Of a stretch of DNA of 64,000 nt, positions 25,960 to 39,692 are shown piece after piece. How positions within the stretch are numbered: the stretch's first letter is position 1; each line of letters opens with the position of its first letter. Both the position numbers and the translations under genes were made by a program. The notes beneath the pieces are model-generated. The model saw only the letters and a program-made list of their open reading frames with translations, did not search any database and was not told where the DNA came from. Source of the stretch: Octopus sinensis (taxonomy: Eukaryota); NCBI RefSeq assembly GCF_006345805.1, contig NC_042997.1, positions 119,226,001 through 119,290,000 on the forward strand, read 5' to 3'.

Positions 25960-26640
25960 GACCATTGAGTGTCATATACGTTTGGTTTACAAAGCCATTT
26001 GATAAGGTAGATCATGGCATAATACATTGTAAGCTGCGAGACCTCGGCATTTTTTGTAAACTGGGAGCGTGGATATATGACTCCCTTAAAAACAGAAGTC
26101 ATGTAGTTGCAGCCAATGATACCCTTTCTGAGGAAGCTCAAATCCTAAGGAGCACTGTTCTAGGATTATTACTTGTCATAATACCCCTTTTAGATATGGT
26201 CATGGTAACTCAGACAGCCACTATCACTAGCTACCCCGATGATACAAAATTATCACAGACAATATAAAGTCAATGTGAAATTACAATCAAATAGCAATAC
26301 CTGAATGTAATGTACAAGTGGGCCGAAGTTGACAACATGCTGTTTAACACTCTAAAATTTCAAGCAGTGCATTATCAGCTCACGAATGCATTGCAACCTG
26401 CATATACAGAACCTGAAAGCCCTGTAATCCCAGAGTCACAGACAGTGAAAGGCTTGGGTGACAGTATGTGCAATGATGCATCATTTCATATGCACATTAC
26501 AAAAATGTCAGCAAAGTGCAGGTAACTTGCAGGATGGATACAAAGTCTTACTTTACAAGAAACCAAGAAGTTATGTTTATCATGTGGAAGACATTTGTTC
26601 TCAGGCAGCTAGACTACTGCTCCCAGTTGTCGTTATCATA
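25960..26640 (+). mobile_element. decayed CR1-group RT fragment, family B
   Basis: FTKPFDKVDHG..KLRDLG..TVLGLLL..SYPDDTK..YKWAE..LDYCSQL is colinear with 59900-60580. Confidence 0.8.
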
Positions 26641-27163
26641 TATTCTTTGTAGAACCTTTGTTAAACACGTCAACAACGAATATCGCAATCCCACCTAGGA
26701 ATCCCTACATGGAACTCTAACTACAGAAGATTAACGGCTTCATCACTCAAATGAGGTGGAGAGTCCTTTACTATGCTGCGTTAAGGTCTGAAATGTAAAA
26801 AATTTTCTCTGAAAACGGAGGTACGTTTCATACTATGTTAAATATTTCCATACCATCGCATTTTCTTATGGAGCAAATCTACAAATATCATTATGGATCA
26901 CGGTACACGCGAAAACAGACACTGCACTTGTAATACCATTCTTCCACCACTTTAACTTTCTATAATATTTGTACGCTGTGTAAGATGGATCTTTTCAAAA
27001 GTATACAGATTTTGTATTTGATGTATTTAATATACTTCATATATTCATGTCTAGTTTGCTTATTCACACAATAGCTTCTATATATGTGTATATGTATGTG
27101 TATGTGTATATACATATACATACATTTATATATATATATATACATATACGCACTCAAACACAC

Positions 27164-27205
<42 letters not shown>

Positions 27206-27364
27206 CTATATATTAAGAGAGAAAAAGAGAAAGACAGAAGGTGTGAGAGAGGCATATCCAATACAAAGAGAAACAAGTGCAAACAACAAAATTTAAATAC
27301 ATGTAAACAGTTAATACATTATGTTGACTCTTAGAGAAAGTTTTAGATTAAAATATCTGAGTAG

Positions 27365-27399
27365 CTATAGCGTTTCGAGGATTGCTCTTCGTCTGATAG
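27365..27399 (-). ncRNA. minimal hammerhead variant (core CAGACGA)
   Basis: ctat CAGACGA a gag caatc ctc GAAA cg CT atag. Same 35-nt layout as 15691-15725; U16.1 is mutated. Confidence 0.45.
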
Positions 27400-28090
27400 G
27401 GGAACATGTCCAAAGAGGAGGAAAAAACGTGAGGAGCCGATAGTACGGTGTAAACTACCTGTGCCGTTTCATGAACAAAAAATAACTGACCAGACGTTGA
27501 AGAGAGAGGTGAAACATGTGGCTGTGCAGCAGTATGGTCACGCATCGCAAGCTAAATGTACGATCATAATATTTGCAGGAATAGTTTCTGAAAAATGATA
27601 AACTATTTTTTAAAAAATTCAAAAACTGGAACGGCATGGACGCTTGCAGTTAAATTTTAGTCTTCAATTATACATACATACATAAATACATATATACATA
27701 GATACATACAGACTTGTGTGTGTGAAAGACAAAGAGTGAGTGCCAGATTGACTTAGGCCTCTATCAAATATTCAGATAAGTGATTGAATTTTCATTAATA
27801 TATAGACAAGTTGTCATGTACTTATTTCATATGCTTCTTGCTAAAGTAAAAGTACCTGATCATAGTTGTAGGTCTCCAGATGGGGAATAGAAAGCACACA
27901 CCCTCACACAAATTATCGCTCTCTCTCTTTCTCTTTCTCTCTCTCTCTCTCTCTCTCACAAGAAACACACACAGAAACAGTCACTCATACGCATATTCTT
28001 ATATTGATTGAAATGCAGCCATACAGGTAGAGTGATAGCAGTATTTGCAAAATTTATAATCACGGGAGAAATAAATGTGCATGTAATTTT

Positions 28091-28121
<31 letters not shown>

Positions 28122-28596
28122 ACTAACTTTGTATCTATCTATATCTCTCTCCCTCTCTCCTTTCTCTCTCCCTCTCTCCTCTCTCTATATATATATTATA
28201 CATCTATATATACATACATACATATGTATATATATGTTTATATATAGTATATATAGTACATGCATATATGTATTGTATATATATAATATATACTATATAT
28301 TATATATATATATATATACACATACATATATGAGTGAGTGTATAAATATATATAACGTATCTATTAAATATATTATATATAATATTAGGGAGTATAACTC
28401 CAGCTTACAGGGAAAATTAAATCAAATTTCACAATATGAATTTATAATATATATAAATTAGAGGAAAAACACTATTATGCAATTCAAACAATTATAGACA
28501 TAAACCAAATCATAAATAAGAAATAAAATAAATTTTAGAACATAAGTAGATCACAAAAAGTACAAAAAGGAATAAACGATATGTAATAAGTAAAAA

Positions 28597-28698
28597 GACT
28601 ACATACGCTTCATGGCTATAATTTAAATTCGAATTAAAATTAAATTTGAATTAAATCGAAAAACAGTTTAATTTAAAACTATAGTCACTCCTCAGGTC
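28597..28698 (-). ncRNA. decayed hammerhead motif (same layout as 2211-2282)
   Basis: gac CTGAGGA gtgactata..tatagccat GAAG cgtatg TA gtc. Confidence 0.5.
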
Positions 28699-28728
28699 AA
28701 AAATAATACTAATAAATATAATAATAAT

Positions 28729-28773
<45 letters not shown>

Positions 28774-28847
28774 AATAATAATAATATATGCAAGGAAAAT
28801 AAGACAAGGTAGAAAATGCTAAAATAGTTTTATCATGAAGGACATTT

Positions 28848-28884
28848 TAATACCGGTTTCAGTCATTGCGACTTTTTCAACTTA
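28848..28884 (-). ncRNA. hammerhead variant with U3:A8 core
   Basis: taa g TTGAAAA agtc gcaat gact GAAA ccgg TA tta. Perfect 4-bp helix II. Confidence 0.55.
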
Positions 28885-29111
28885 GAGCAAAATATGACAA
28901 ACAATTAAATTCATTTCTGAATAAACGTTTCACACAAGTTCTCATGACAAATTTTCTTGCATATATAGGTCATATCCATTTAAACAGTTGGTTGTATATA
29001 AGTAAGTCGTTTTAAATTATTGAATGATACTTTCTTTCTCCTGATTAAAATCGTGATTCATGATTTTAATTCAGTATTTATCACAACTGCCCGACATGTA
29101 TATATATAATC

Positions 29112-29156
<45 letters not shown>

Positions 29157-30059
29157 CATCATATATATACATATATATATGTGTTTGTGTATGTGCGTGT
29201 GTGTGTTTGCGCGCGCGTGTGTGTATGGTAGTATTGAGATATGTATATATATAGATGGATAAAGGCAAACATATAGATAGATACGTGTGTACATCTCCTG
29301 AGGTTTAGAAAGAAAGATAGAAAGAAATATTTACTCAAATCGCTCCTCCCTGTCTTAGATCTTGATATATTACTGTGTTGGACAGCAGTTTATATTTTAT
29401 GCATAAAGATGAAGATACTGACAGAATACGCCAGAAAATATACCAGTGTATGTGTGTTTGTGTCAGTGTGTACGGATATATATATGTGTCTGTGGTGTAT
29501 ATATGTATTGTTTCTCTGTGTTTGTGCGTATGTGTATCTGTGTGTGTGTGAATGTGTGCGTGTTTTTGTTTATGCTACCGGATCATCCTTCTAGGTGATT
29601 AATAAGTCATCTACTTGAATTGTCAGGGACCTAAGAGCCGAAGGACATCTTAATATTTGATTAAAAATAGATCACATGAAGAAATTATATATTCAAAGAT
29701 GGTGCTTTTAGTTATACTTTTTTAAACTCAGGCCTAAGCAGTCCCACACAAAATTCTACCTATGCATACATATACCTGATTACAAACATACGTACATAGG
29801 TAGAAGCAGATTGAAAAAGAAAGACACAGTCATACTCACACAAACAGACACACACAGACACACATTCATTCATTGGTTTCAGTTAGTCCGCTGTTGCCAG
29901 GCTGAGTCATCATCGACATCTTTGATTATATCGATCGCGATTCATGAGTGGTACTTGATTGCCCTCTGTCTTTCTCTTTTCCAGTACATATGCATATGTG
30001 TATATATAATACACACACACGTAATAAATACATATATGTATATATATATAAATATACAT

Positions 30060-30170
30060 CTTATGTATATATATTATATATATATATATATATAATGTAA
30101 TGTATTATATATAATATACTATATATATATATTATATGTAATGTATATAATATATATATATATATATGTA

Positions 30171-30207
<37 letters not shown>

Positions 30208-30297
30208 ATGTATATATATATATATATATATAACATATATATATATATGTAATGTATATATATATATATATAGATATATAACATATATATATATGTA

Positions 30298-30345
<48 letters not shown>

Positions 30346-30348
30346 GTA

Positions 30349-30394
<46 letters not shown>

Positions 30395-30397
30395 GTA

Positions 30398-30450
<53 letters not shown>
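30060..30450. repeat. (TA)n array with higher-order gtaatg-interrupted units
   Basis: tatgtaatgtatata recurs several times at irregular spacing. Confidence 0.9.
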
Positions 30451-30455
<5 letters not shown>

Positions 30456-31130
30456 GTAAATATGTGTGTGTGTGCAATCTTTCGTGGAAGAAAGATTGAC
30501 AAAAAGTACTCCATTTAGTGAGAGATAAATATTCACTAATGAACACTATAAATATTATGAGCTTCTAATAGATTCATGTGCGATGCAAACGACACAGAGA
30601 TCCTTTAATAACATGTCTGGTACCTTTAAGCAATCTACAAGCTTTGCACATGACATATATAAGCTTAGAGATAAGAGAAAATTCAAGAAAAATGCGAGAA
30701 CTTAGAAGTAAAACGTGGAAGGTTGAAAATTTGCCAACAGGAATATGTCAATATGCTTACATATCTGTAATTCAGTAATACGATGATCATCTTACATGAG
30801 GAAAGGATCTGTGATCTTTCAGTTTTATTTATCTATGTTTTTTTTATGTTTCCTACTTGATAGCATGTGATATGGCGTTAGATTTCAAAACCCTATACGT
30901 CGCTAGCCACTGTAGTGGTTTTTACTTTTATTCCTGTGCCGGAATGAGGATACCTAGTCAGCATAGCAATTTTTGAAGTCGCCCTCACAAATCACTGAGC
31001 AAATTTTATTTTCGGTCATGTTGTCATTTTGCCTTGTAAACTCTGCCTTATATATCACGGAAATAATTAGGCACCCCTGGTCGAAAGGATAAATTCTTCG
31101 GTCTTGACATTTATATATCTCTCTCTCTCT

Positions 31131-32301
31131 GGCACCGCGAGTGTCGCGTTGCTCTCAAGCAACTCTGCCGTCCTGGGTCGACCTTGAGTGACTTCAACAC
31201 ACCAAAGCATTCTATAGGGGATTAGTGGAGGGAGGTACGACGACGAGCTCGAGGCGAACCTGGACGTCGACGACGAGGAGTACCTGACCCGCCTGTTCAG
31301 GACGACTTTCGGGCCAGGCCCATGGACAACTTCCAGAGATCCCTGCCTGGCAGTGTTACGAGAAGCGCTACACGTTCGGGATAAGCTCTACAGACACTGC
31401 TCGAGAAACACGGGCCGACCTGCCCGAGATGCGGTCAGAGCGACGAAACCGTTCTGCACGCACTCGTGCAGTGTCCAACAATTTCCGAACCTGTGGGCTT
31501 GTGTCGAACAACTGCTGTCACGTTGTGGAACGAGTCGGTTTATCAGCTGAGTCTATCGTCAATATAGTCACGCCTCCTTCCTTCAAACGGGAAGGAAGAG
31601 CTATTTTCATCATCCTTGTGGCTATTGGTGAAAGAATGTATCTGGTGGACGCGTCTGAAAGGATTGGAGACAAACACTTTCTCTCCGGTCAATCTCTCAT
31701 CAACTTCTTCAAGTACCACTTGAAAAGGAAAGTGAGAGTAGAGAGGCAATTTATATAGCGAATGTTTCAAAAAAAGATGGGTGAATGTAGCAAGGATGGC
31801 ACGTATGAATGACGAAGCCACCTTGAGCATAATCCTATGAACCAGAAATTGAAAACAGAGGGTTATCCACTTGCAAACAAATGTGGTAACATAACAATAT
31901 TGACCAAGGTTACCGTGGTCTTTTTCGTAGGCTTTCTCTCCCACGGATAAACCTTACTTGCTTTCCCTTTACACCATAATTATCATAACACGGTGATACA
32001 CGATCCCTATTGATCGTTCTTTTCTTTTTTCCTCTGCCCTTTTTTTCCCCTTTTTCTTCTTTTTTCATTTCTCTTTTCTTTTGTTCCTTTTCCCTTTCTT
32101 TTTTTCTTTTTCTTTTTTATTTTTTTTATTCCTTTTATTTTTTATTCTATTTTTTTCATTTTTTTTTGTTCTTTTCTTCCCTTTTACGATCCCTCTTGAT
32201 CTAAAACCTACGCCACCCCCTTTTTTTCATCCCCCAAAAGAAAAGCTCTACCTTGTAACTTGTCCCATCTGTGTGCAGCCCTGTGTGACCAATAAAGAAA
32301 C
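31131..32301 (+). mobile_element. Tx1-like (L1 clade) 3' fragment, copy B
   Basis: Frameshifted ORF2 C-terminus with zinc knuckle [44 protein letters not shown], then a pyrimidine-rich 3' UTR ending at (TATC)n. Confidence 0.85.
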
Positions 32302-32306
32302 TTATC

Positions 32307-32372
<66 letters not shown>

Positions 32373-32397
32373 CCTACCTACCTACCTACCTACCTAC

Positions 32398-32473
<76 letters not shown>

Positions 32474-32488
32474 GTATCTATCTATCTA

Positions 32489-33001
32489 TCAAGTATCACT
32501 TGAAGAGGAAAGTGAGAGTAGAGAGGTAAGTTTTGTCTAGTGAATGTTTTAAAAAATGATGGATGAATGTAGCAAGGATGGCACGTATGAATGACGAAGC
32601 CACCTTGACTATGATTCTACGAACCGTAAAAATTAATACAGAGAGTTGCTTATTTGCAAAAAAAAAGAAATATTACATGTGACTTCATTGACCGAGGTTA
32701 CCGTGGTCTTTTCCGTAGGCTTTTCCTTCCACGGGTAAACCTCACCTGTCCTCCCCTTTACACTTCATATTGACATTTCTGTGATTACGATCCCTATTGA
32801 TCAACTTTTTTTCCTCTCCCCGTTTTTTCCCCTCTCCCCCCCTTTTTTTACAAAAATCCTCCCCTTTTTTTGTCCTCTTTCTTTCCTTTTACGATCCCTT
32901 TTGATCGAAAACCAACCCCCTTTTTACCCCCAAAAGAAAAGCTCTACCTTGTATTTGTTGTCTGTGTTTGTGTGCAGCCCTGTGTGGCTAATAAAGAACA
33001 C
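32489..33001 (+). mobile_element. Tx1-like 3' end, copy C
   Basis: Same sequence as copies A and B; (TATC)n on both sides. Confidence 0.85.
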
Positions 33002-33002
33002 A

Positions 33003-33045
<43 letters not shown>

Positions 33046-35542
33046 TCATCTATCTACCAATCTATCTATCCTATCTATCTATCTATCTATCTATATATCT
33101 ATCAATCTGTATGTATGTATGTATGTATGTATGTGATTATGTATGTATGTATGTATGTATGTATGTATGTATGTGTGTGTATGAATGTATGTGTGTGTAT
33201 GTATGTATGTGTGTGTGTGTGTGTATGTGTGTGAGTTTGTTAGGTGTGATTTTAAAGTGTACCCGATAGTGAGACCTTGGTTCCGGGTTTTTAGGAACTA
33301 CTTCTCAGCCACTACTGTTCGCAGCTCTACTCTAACACGGAATAATGACACTAATCTAGGCCCCAGCTATGAGTAATATAAAGGATATATGCACGTATGT
33401 ATTAACTCATGAGAAATGTTTTCAAGATGTGAGCATCATTAGTACCGTACGATAGAAGATGCTGTTCGAGCTTACATCACGTTTGCGATTGCTTTTATTT
33501 TACATCAAATCTTTTTAATGCGCTTCTGTGCCTAAGCTTGCGTATCTCTCAGAATTATCTAAGTTTGGTGTCATTTAATCCTTATTTTAACTTAATCCTC
33601 AGCAGTAAGTATTCTGCTACTGTTTAACATAGAGCTGTTTCGGAGTCTGATTGCATTTTTATCACAAAAGTCAACTCAAATATCGAAATAATGATTGTTC
33701 CATGAAATTACTCTATTGAATCCACATTCAGTTATGTTGGGTAGCAAATAATAACGATCATTTGAACTTCTCTTCACAGTTTCAGATATTTATTTCGCAG
33801 CTGACAGTTGCTTTGTTCTCTTTCCTTTTAAATTGACTAAACCTAAAATCCGTCTCAAGTAGTTTTTTTGATTTCTGCTTCACCTCAGTTGAGAAACCTA
33901 ACTCAAGATACTAATGTTTAACAGATCGTTAAATGTTTCGTATCTTTTTGCACCTTATGTAGAATCGATTGTTAATCACCATCCTGTTTATGCCCATCTC
34001 CATGATTGAAATTGTAAAAATAAGTCCTATATTACATTGATAGACTGTGTATTTATTTTGATGTAAGGGCATCTGTAGCGTAAAGGTTTTTTTTTGCTTT
34101 GTAATACCTTCCCGAACATTAATATTTCTATTCCTATTAATTACTCACAGCTATGTTACTACATTATTCACACTGTAGCCAAATTAATTCCATTAGAAAA
34201 TGGACAACAAAATTGAAGTGGAATGCTGTTACCCACAACTGCAAGATTTACTGACCAATATCCTAAAAAATAATGAATGCGTAGCATTGCCAGATCCTTT
34301 ACTTCAAGAGTTCTTATGAGTTATTTCCAATATCTGGTTTTATTATCATTTCACTCATTAAACTTCCACCACATTTTACAGAATTTGTCACGGTGATCTT
34401 TGTATTCTACACACATGATAAATTTCTTAACGAAACTTCCACTGTTTATGTGCTGCACAGTTTCATCCGCAACGATGAAGTGGCGAACACCTACAATTAA
34501 TCCAGACAACGCAAAATCAAAATATTCCCTAGCCTCATGTGTCATTTGATTTATCTGAAATACTCTTAGCCGAATCTTACACCTCCCTCTCGCTCTTTCT
34601 TTCTCTGATTAAAATTAGGATTTAAAAATGCTGTTGTTAATGGAGTTCAGTCGGAAGCTTCCTTGAAACAGACACCATGTAAATTTGACAGAAAAAAACA
34701 TTAATACTCTGGTGAACCGCATAGTGTAATAATTTTCAGACAGTCGAAGTTCGTGACATTAATTACCCATAATATAACCTTTTAACAACTCTGATCAAAT
34801 GCGAATTGTACTTGGCTCCCCCTTTCTTCACCGACAAACAAGTATCAACCATAAACAAACTAAACACCTCAGGCCAGAAAAATGTATTCATATAAAAATA
34901 TGTGCGCTTGGGAACATTATTCTTTATTGTCAATGCAAAATTTTCTGTTATAAAAGAACAAAGGCTTATGCAACCCATGAACAAGGGAGAATATTTAACT
35001 TTCCTTCTCGGACAGGCAAATATTCATGGAAATTCACAAAAAGTAATACAATTGCAATGGTTTAAAATCGTTGATTTCTGATGAGATTCGCGAAATATAT
35101 GTTCCTAAATCTGCGTTACAATAACTTTCAGATAATGTTTTGTTAATCTTGTACAAAGCTGATGCGAGGCTTATATTTGAAAACTGATGATATCTCTGGG
35201 ATCTCCCTTGATAGCATACAGCCATCGCAGACTATATGAGAAAGAGTATATCACTGATACTGAAATTCAAACCTCATAACACTTCAGTAATTGAATCCTA
35301 ATGGTATTTCATGTCTCCAGAATATCTGGATATTCTGGATATTTACTTCTACAGTTCACTGGTTACGCTTATGAAATTTCACTTCCCAGATCCTTTTCTA
35401 AACATATGAGTAAATCCTTCCACCTTTGAACTATGGTTTTATGGAATTCCTGTTGTACCAAATCAATATTAAGACAAATATTCAATGCTTCAATCTTACC
35501 AGAATATAAAAGTATACACACGTCTCGGATTCTGTAATAATA

Positions 35543-35774
35543 TGAAGTAATTCCTTGACTATCGTGGGTGTTACGTTCCAACCACTCCCACTGCGAAAGG
35601 TGAAAATCTGCGAAGTAGAAACAGTACTGTACTGTATATATATATATATTTTTTTTTTTTATAATTTGTATATATTTATTTTATTACAAATGCAAAACAA
35701 CACTACAGTGGAATCGACGTAAGCTTAAATAATAAACCGTGATAGGTGAACTGGGATATGGCGAGGGATTACTG
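35543..35774. mobile_element. Tigger/pogo-like MITE
   Basis: Right end ggcgagggattactg|TA. Decayed left end TA|tgaagtaattccttgactatcgtggg. Confidence 0.45.
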
Positions 35775-36244
35775 TATGACAGAAATGCTACCATAGGGAA
35801 AACATCACAATAAAAATTAGTACGGATGGTTTATTATTATACGGTGGATACAACCAAACATTTCAATGTTTTAGAAAAACATTATTCCTCTAATTCTCAT
35901 AAATGTTCTTCCTACATATATGAGCAGCATCGCTGTTTCATTAAACAACTTTAACATTCTTTCGTCTTCGTAACACATTGCATCAAACATAAGTGGTGTT
36001 TTAAGAGAGACATAACAGGATTTAGGGTTAAATTAATAGAACATGTTTGTCTTTTAGAGCATGCCCTAAAAAAATACTGAACTCATCGGATAGGCATGTA
36101 TTTTTTAACTCTTTATGTTGTAAACATATCTTGTTTATTTGAGATAAGCATGTTTCTAGGATCCGTATCACTTTCTGGAATAATGTCATAGCTTGTAATA
36201 TTTAAGGAAGACAACTTCAGTATCTCTAGCGTCGCCGTGAGCAC

Positions 36245-36665
36245 TGCATCATTTGCACTATGTGGAAAATATACCACCAGTATTGGAAAACATCCTTAAC
36301 ATTAGATTCAGAATGCATCCGGAGCTGAGGACTCCTGCTATACGCCCCATAACCAATTCGGGATTACAACACATACAGTCACTAAAACACATTTTCTTTT
36401 TCTCAACAGACTCTACTCTACTTAACATTGACCCAAAACAAATCGAAGAACAAGATCCCACCATCTACATAAAAAATCTGGACAACATTCTTCAAGGTAT
36501 AACAGTTAAGCCACCTATAGCTGGAGGCATCTCAATCAGCAACAACTCTCTACATGAATGGGCCACGATACTACAAAACATAACTTAAAAGTGACTCAAC
36601 AGATTCTATCAGGTGGTGCTATTAAGTCAGGCATCGACTGGACCAGTGCTAGGTCGAAACGTATC
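36245..36665 (+). mobile_element. 3' end of CR1-group LINE family A, diverged
   Basis: FRMHPEL..AIRP..SNNSLHEWA and tail caggtggtgctattaagt match 44830-45180. Confidence 0.8.
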
Positions 36666-37654
36666 TACGTTATATTATGACATGTTTCGTATATTTGCAC
36701 AAAATCCCATCGATGTTTTGTAGTTTTGAAAGGAGCAAAGTAAATTGAATTTACATACTTGAGTGATAAGCTTTACATAACCTGGAGGCATATAAATGCA
36801 TAACGTGTACATTTAAATATGAAAGCAGATGGAGAAGGAACTCTCCTTTATCGGACTAACTTCCAGATATAGTTAATCAAATTTTGCTCAACTCACAGCT
36901 TGTCATCTTTAAAAAAACACAGGACGCATTAGATACATCGCTTTAAAAAACAAGCGGATTTTTTTTCCTGATTGCAACAACTTAGATTTAGATTGACAGC
37001 TAAACAATAACGACGGAAACATATTCCAGCCAGCGAACAACTGTGTGGTCAATAACTAGGTTGCCAGATTTCGTTAAATTTGCTCACTGCCGTCTCAAGA
37101 TGGGAAATATACATTCGATAATTAAATCTCAGACACTTTATCTCTTAAAAGGAATTACTGGATAGTGAAGGTTCTGGTTCGGAAAATGACAATACGAAGT
37201 GTACACTGACAGATATTTAATCACTGCCTCTATTGAAAATTACAGTATATTATGCTGAATGACAGCGACAAATGAAACTAAAATATCGACGAATCGTTAT
37301 TACAAGTTGCCATTTTAAAACTAAATACTGCAGAGAGCGCGAAAATTGTTCTTTCTTTCTTAATACAATGTGTCGTCACTTGGGATTTTAACAGATATTC
37401 TGAAAGAGTTTAATAAAGTTTTGGTTTCATCGGAATCGTGATATGCGTGACAAAATAAATGTTATAGATGCTAACTTATTGCAATAGTTCCGTATTTAAA
37501 ACAAGAACGTGATTCTAAGAGATATCCATTGTTTTACTTTCAATGATTATCCGCTGAACAAAGAAATATTTATATGCTGCAACAATACGAGAGACAACTG
37601 TTACTACTACTACTACTACTACTACAACTACTGCTGCTGCTGCTACTACTACTA

Positions 37655-37698
<44 letters not shown>

Positions 37699-38099
37699 AC
37701 TACTACTACTACTGTTACTGCATTCAGAATAGATGCAATTACTGCCTGAAACATATAGGATTGATTCAACGTGTATAGTTGCAATTTAAAAATAAATTAC
37801 CATATAATCTAATTCAACTCACATATACTTTAGACTTAATTACATTTCTGTATTTAAATATTATGAATCACAACTTGTATATACGTGTGTATATGTGTAG
37901 GGTGTTTAAATTTGAAATCTGTATAAAAAGACAAGAACACAATATCTCTTAACAATTATTTAAAAAATTAAAAATATCAACTGAATTTTGTCTGAGAGAT
38001 AACAGTTTACTCAGAATAGCGGCCTTCAGCTTCCATCACGGCCTCAAGACGGCTTCGGAACTAGCAGCATATATTCTTCATTGTGTCCCTGAGAAGATA

Positions 38100-38570
38100 C
38101 TCGTACACGTTTTTTATCTTCGCACAAAAATGACCATAGTGTTGCAGACAAAGCGGTTGTGTTTTCTCAACCGTGCCCCCAACATAGTAACCCGTGGGAT
38201 TACAATCATCGGAATCAGAAGGCCAGACGTTGGGATTGAAGACGCAGAAATTATTTGGGACAGAGGGACAAAGGTATGTACCATCACAGAGGTGGACCGC
38301 CATACAGATAAAAATATCTCTTTATCAAAGAAAATCAAAGAAAAATAGGATATCTATAGACACATGCTTCGAAACCTCCCGCTTCAATATCCAAACTATG
38401 AATTCATATTCATACCAATAATGATTGGAGCACTAAATGCTTAAAGGATAATCTGGATAAACTGGGATTTTCAAAAGGAAAACAGATAGGTTAATTCGTA
38501 AATTACAAGTCCAATCTGTGAGTGGAACAGTGAAAATATGCAAGACTTTTCTCAAGTTCCTAATGTGAAT
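38100..38570 (+). mobile_element. R4/Dong-type restriction-like endonuclease fragment
   Basis: RPDVG..IIWDRGTKVCTITEV..KEK..FIFIPIMIGAL..RLIRKLQVQSVSGTVKICKTFLKF across frameshifts (PD-(D/E)xK type). Confidence 0.7.
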
Positions 38571-38674
38571 TTTTCTGTTAACTACTCCCCAAATATGGAG
38601 CCTTGTATCTTTGTTGGAAACCGCCTCCCCACTTAGTGGACGATTTATATTAATTAAAAAGTGAAGAGACATAC

Positions 38675-38723
<49 letters not shown>

Positions 38724-38724
<1 letters not shown>

Positions 38725-39126
38725 GCGTAGGAGGGGTTGTGTGGTAAGTAGCTTGCTTAAGAACCACACGGTTCCGGGTTCAGTCCAACTGCATGGCACA
38801 TTAGAGAAATGTCTTCTGTTTGAGCCTCGGGCTGACCAAAGCCTTGTGAGTGGATTTGGTAGACGGAGACTGAAAGAAGCCCATCATATATATGTATATA
38901 TATGTATATGTGCGTATATGTTTGTGTGTCTGTGTTTGCCCCTCCCCCAATCTCTTGACAACCGATGCTGGTGTTTACGTGGCCGTAACTTAGCGGTTCG
39001 GCAAAAAGACCGATAGAATGAGAACTAGGCTTACAAGGAATGAGTCCTGGGGTCGATTTGCTCGGCTAAAGCGGTGCTCCAGCATGGCCTCAGTCACATG
39101 ACTGAAACAAGGAAAAGAGTAAAAGA
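38724..39126 (+). mobile_element. complete SINE family 3 (tRNA head, CORE-like domain, internal TA/TG tract, LINE-like tail)
   Basis: B-box ggttcagtcc. Core gagtggatttggtagacggagactgaaagaagccc. Tail gcggtgctccagcatggcc..tgaaacaagg. Confidence 0.9.
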
Positions 39127-39384
39127 TATATATATATATACACACATAAATGAGTTTGGGGCAGAACTGACTTTAGCCATGACACGGACATGAGTGCGTC
39201 ACCGCGAAAAGACATTCAATTAAGTTTTATTTTACAATCATTTATTGGGCACTACAGCTCATTTGAGGTGAGAGTTATTGTGCGCAGAGGTGTAGCCGGG
39301 TGTCAGAAGTTAATTTGATGTTCGTTGAATATATTCTTCCAGGATCCGTTCGAACGTTATGAGATCGTTTTTGTCTCCAACTGT

Positions 39385-39692
39385 TACTTAATTTATCGAC
39401 CCCCGAAAGAATGAAAGGCAAATGCGACCTCTGTAGAATTTTAACTCAGAACCTAGACGAAATACCTATTTCTTTACTTCCCACAAGGTGCTAAACACAG
39501 AGAAGGCAGACAAGGACAGACCAACTGATTAAGTCGATTATATCAACCCCAGTGCGTAACTGGTACTTATTTAATCGACCCCGATGAAAGGCAAAGTCGA
39601 CCTCGGCGGAATTTGAACTCAGAACGTAACGGAAGACGAAATACCGCTAAGCATTTCGCCCGGCGTGCTAACGTTTCTGCCAGCTCACCGTC
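39385..39692 (-). mobile_element. SINE family 1 with partial internal duplication
   Basis: Full copy at 39465-39692, followed on the minus strand by a second, more decayed core segment at 39385-39465. Confidence 0.85.

Noticed and set aside
30060-30450. Regularly interrupted repeat resembling a spacer array
   Set aside because: The units are TA tracts with a fixed gtaatg interruption and no unique spacers. No CRISPR array anywhere in the window.
35078-35105. CTGATGAGATTCGCGAAA motif (similar look-alikes at 4801, 19484, 52199, 55489, 55802)
   Set aside because: Helix I or II cannot be formed; 55802 is simply the YADD codons of the RTE remnant.
34200-35540. Non-repetitive stretch with several short minus-strand ORFs (similar at 5350-5950, 18850-19070, 47900-48700)
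   Set aside because: Frequent stops and no recognisable motif or splice structure; may be old pseudogene or TE debris, but cannot be supported without a search.
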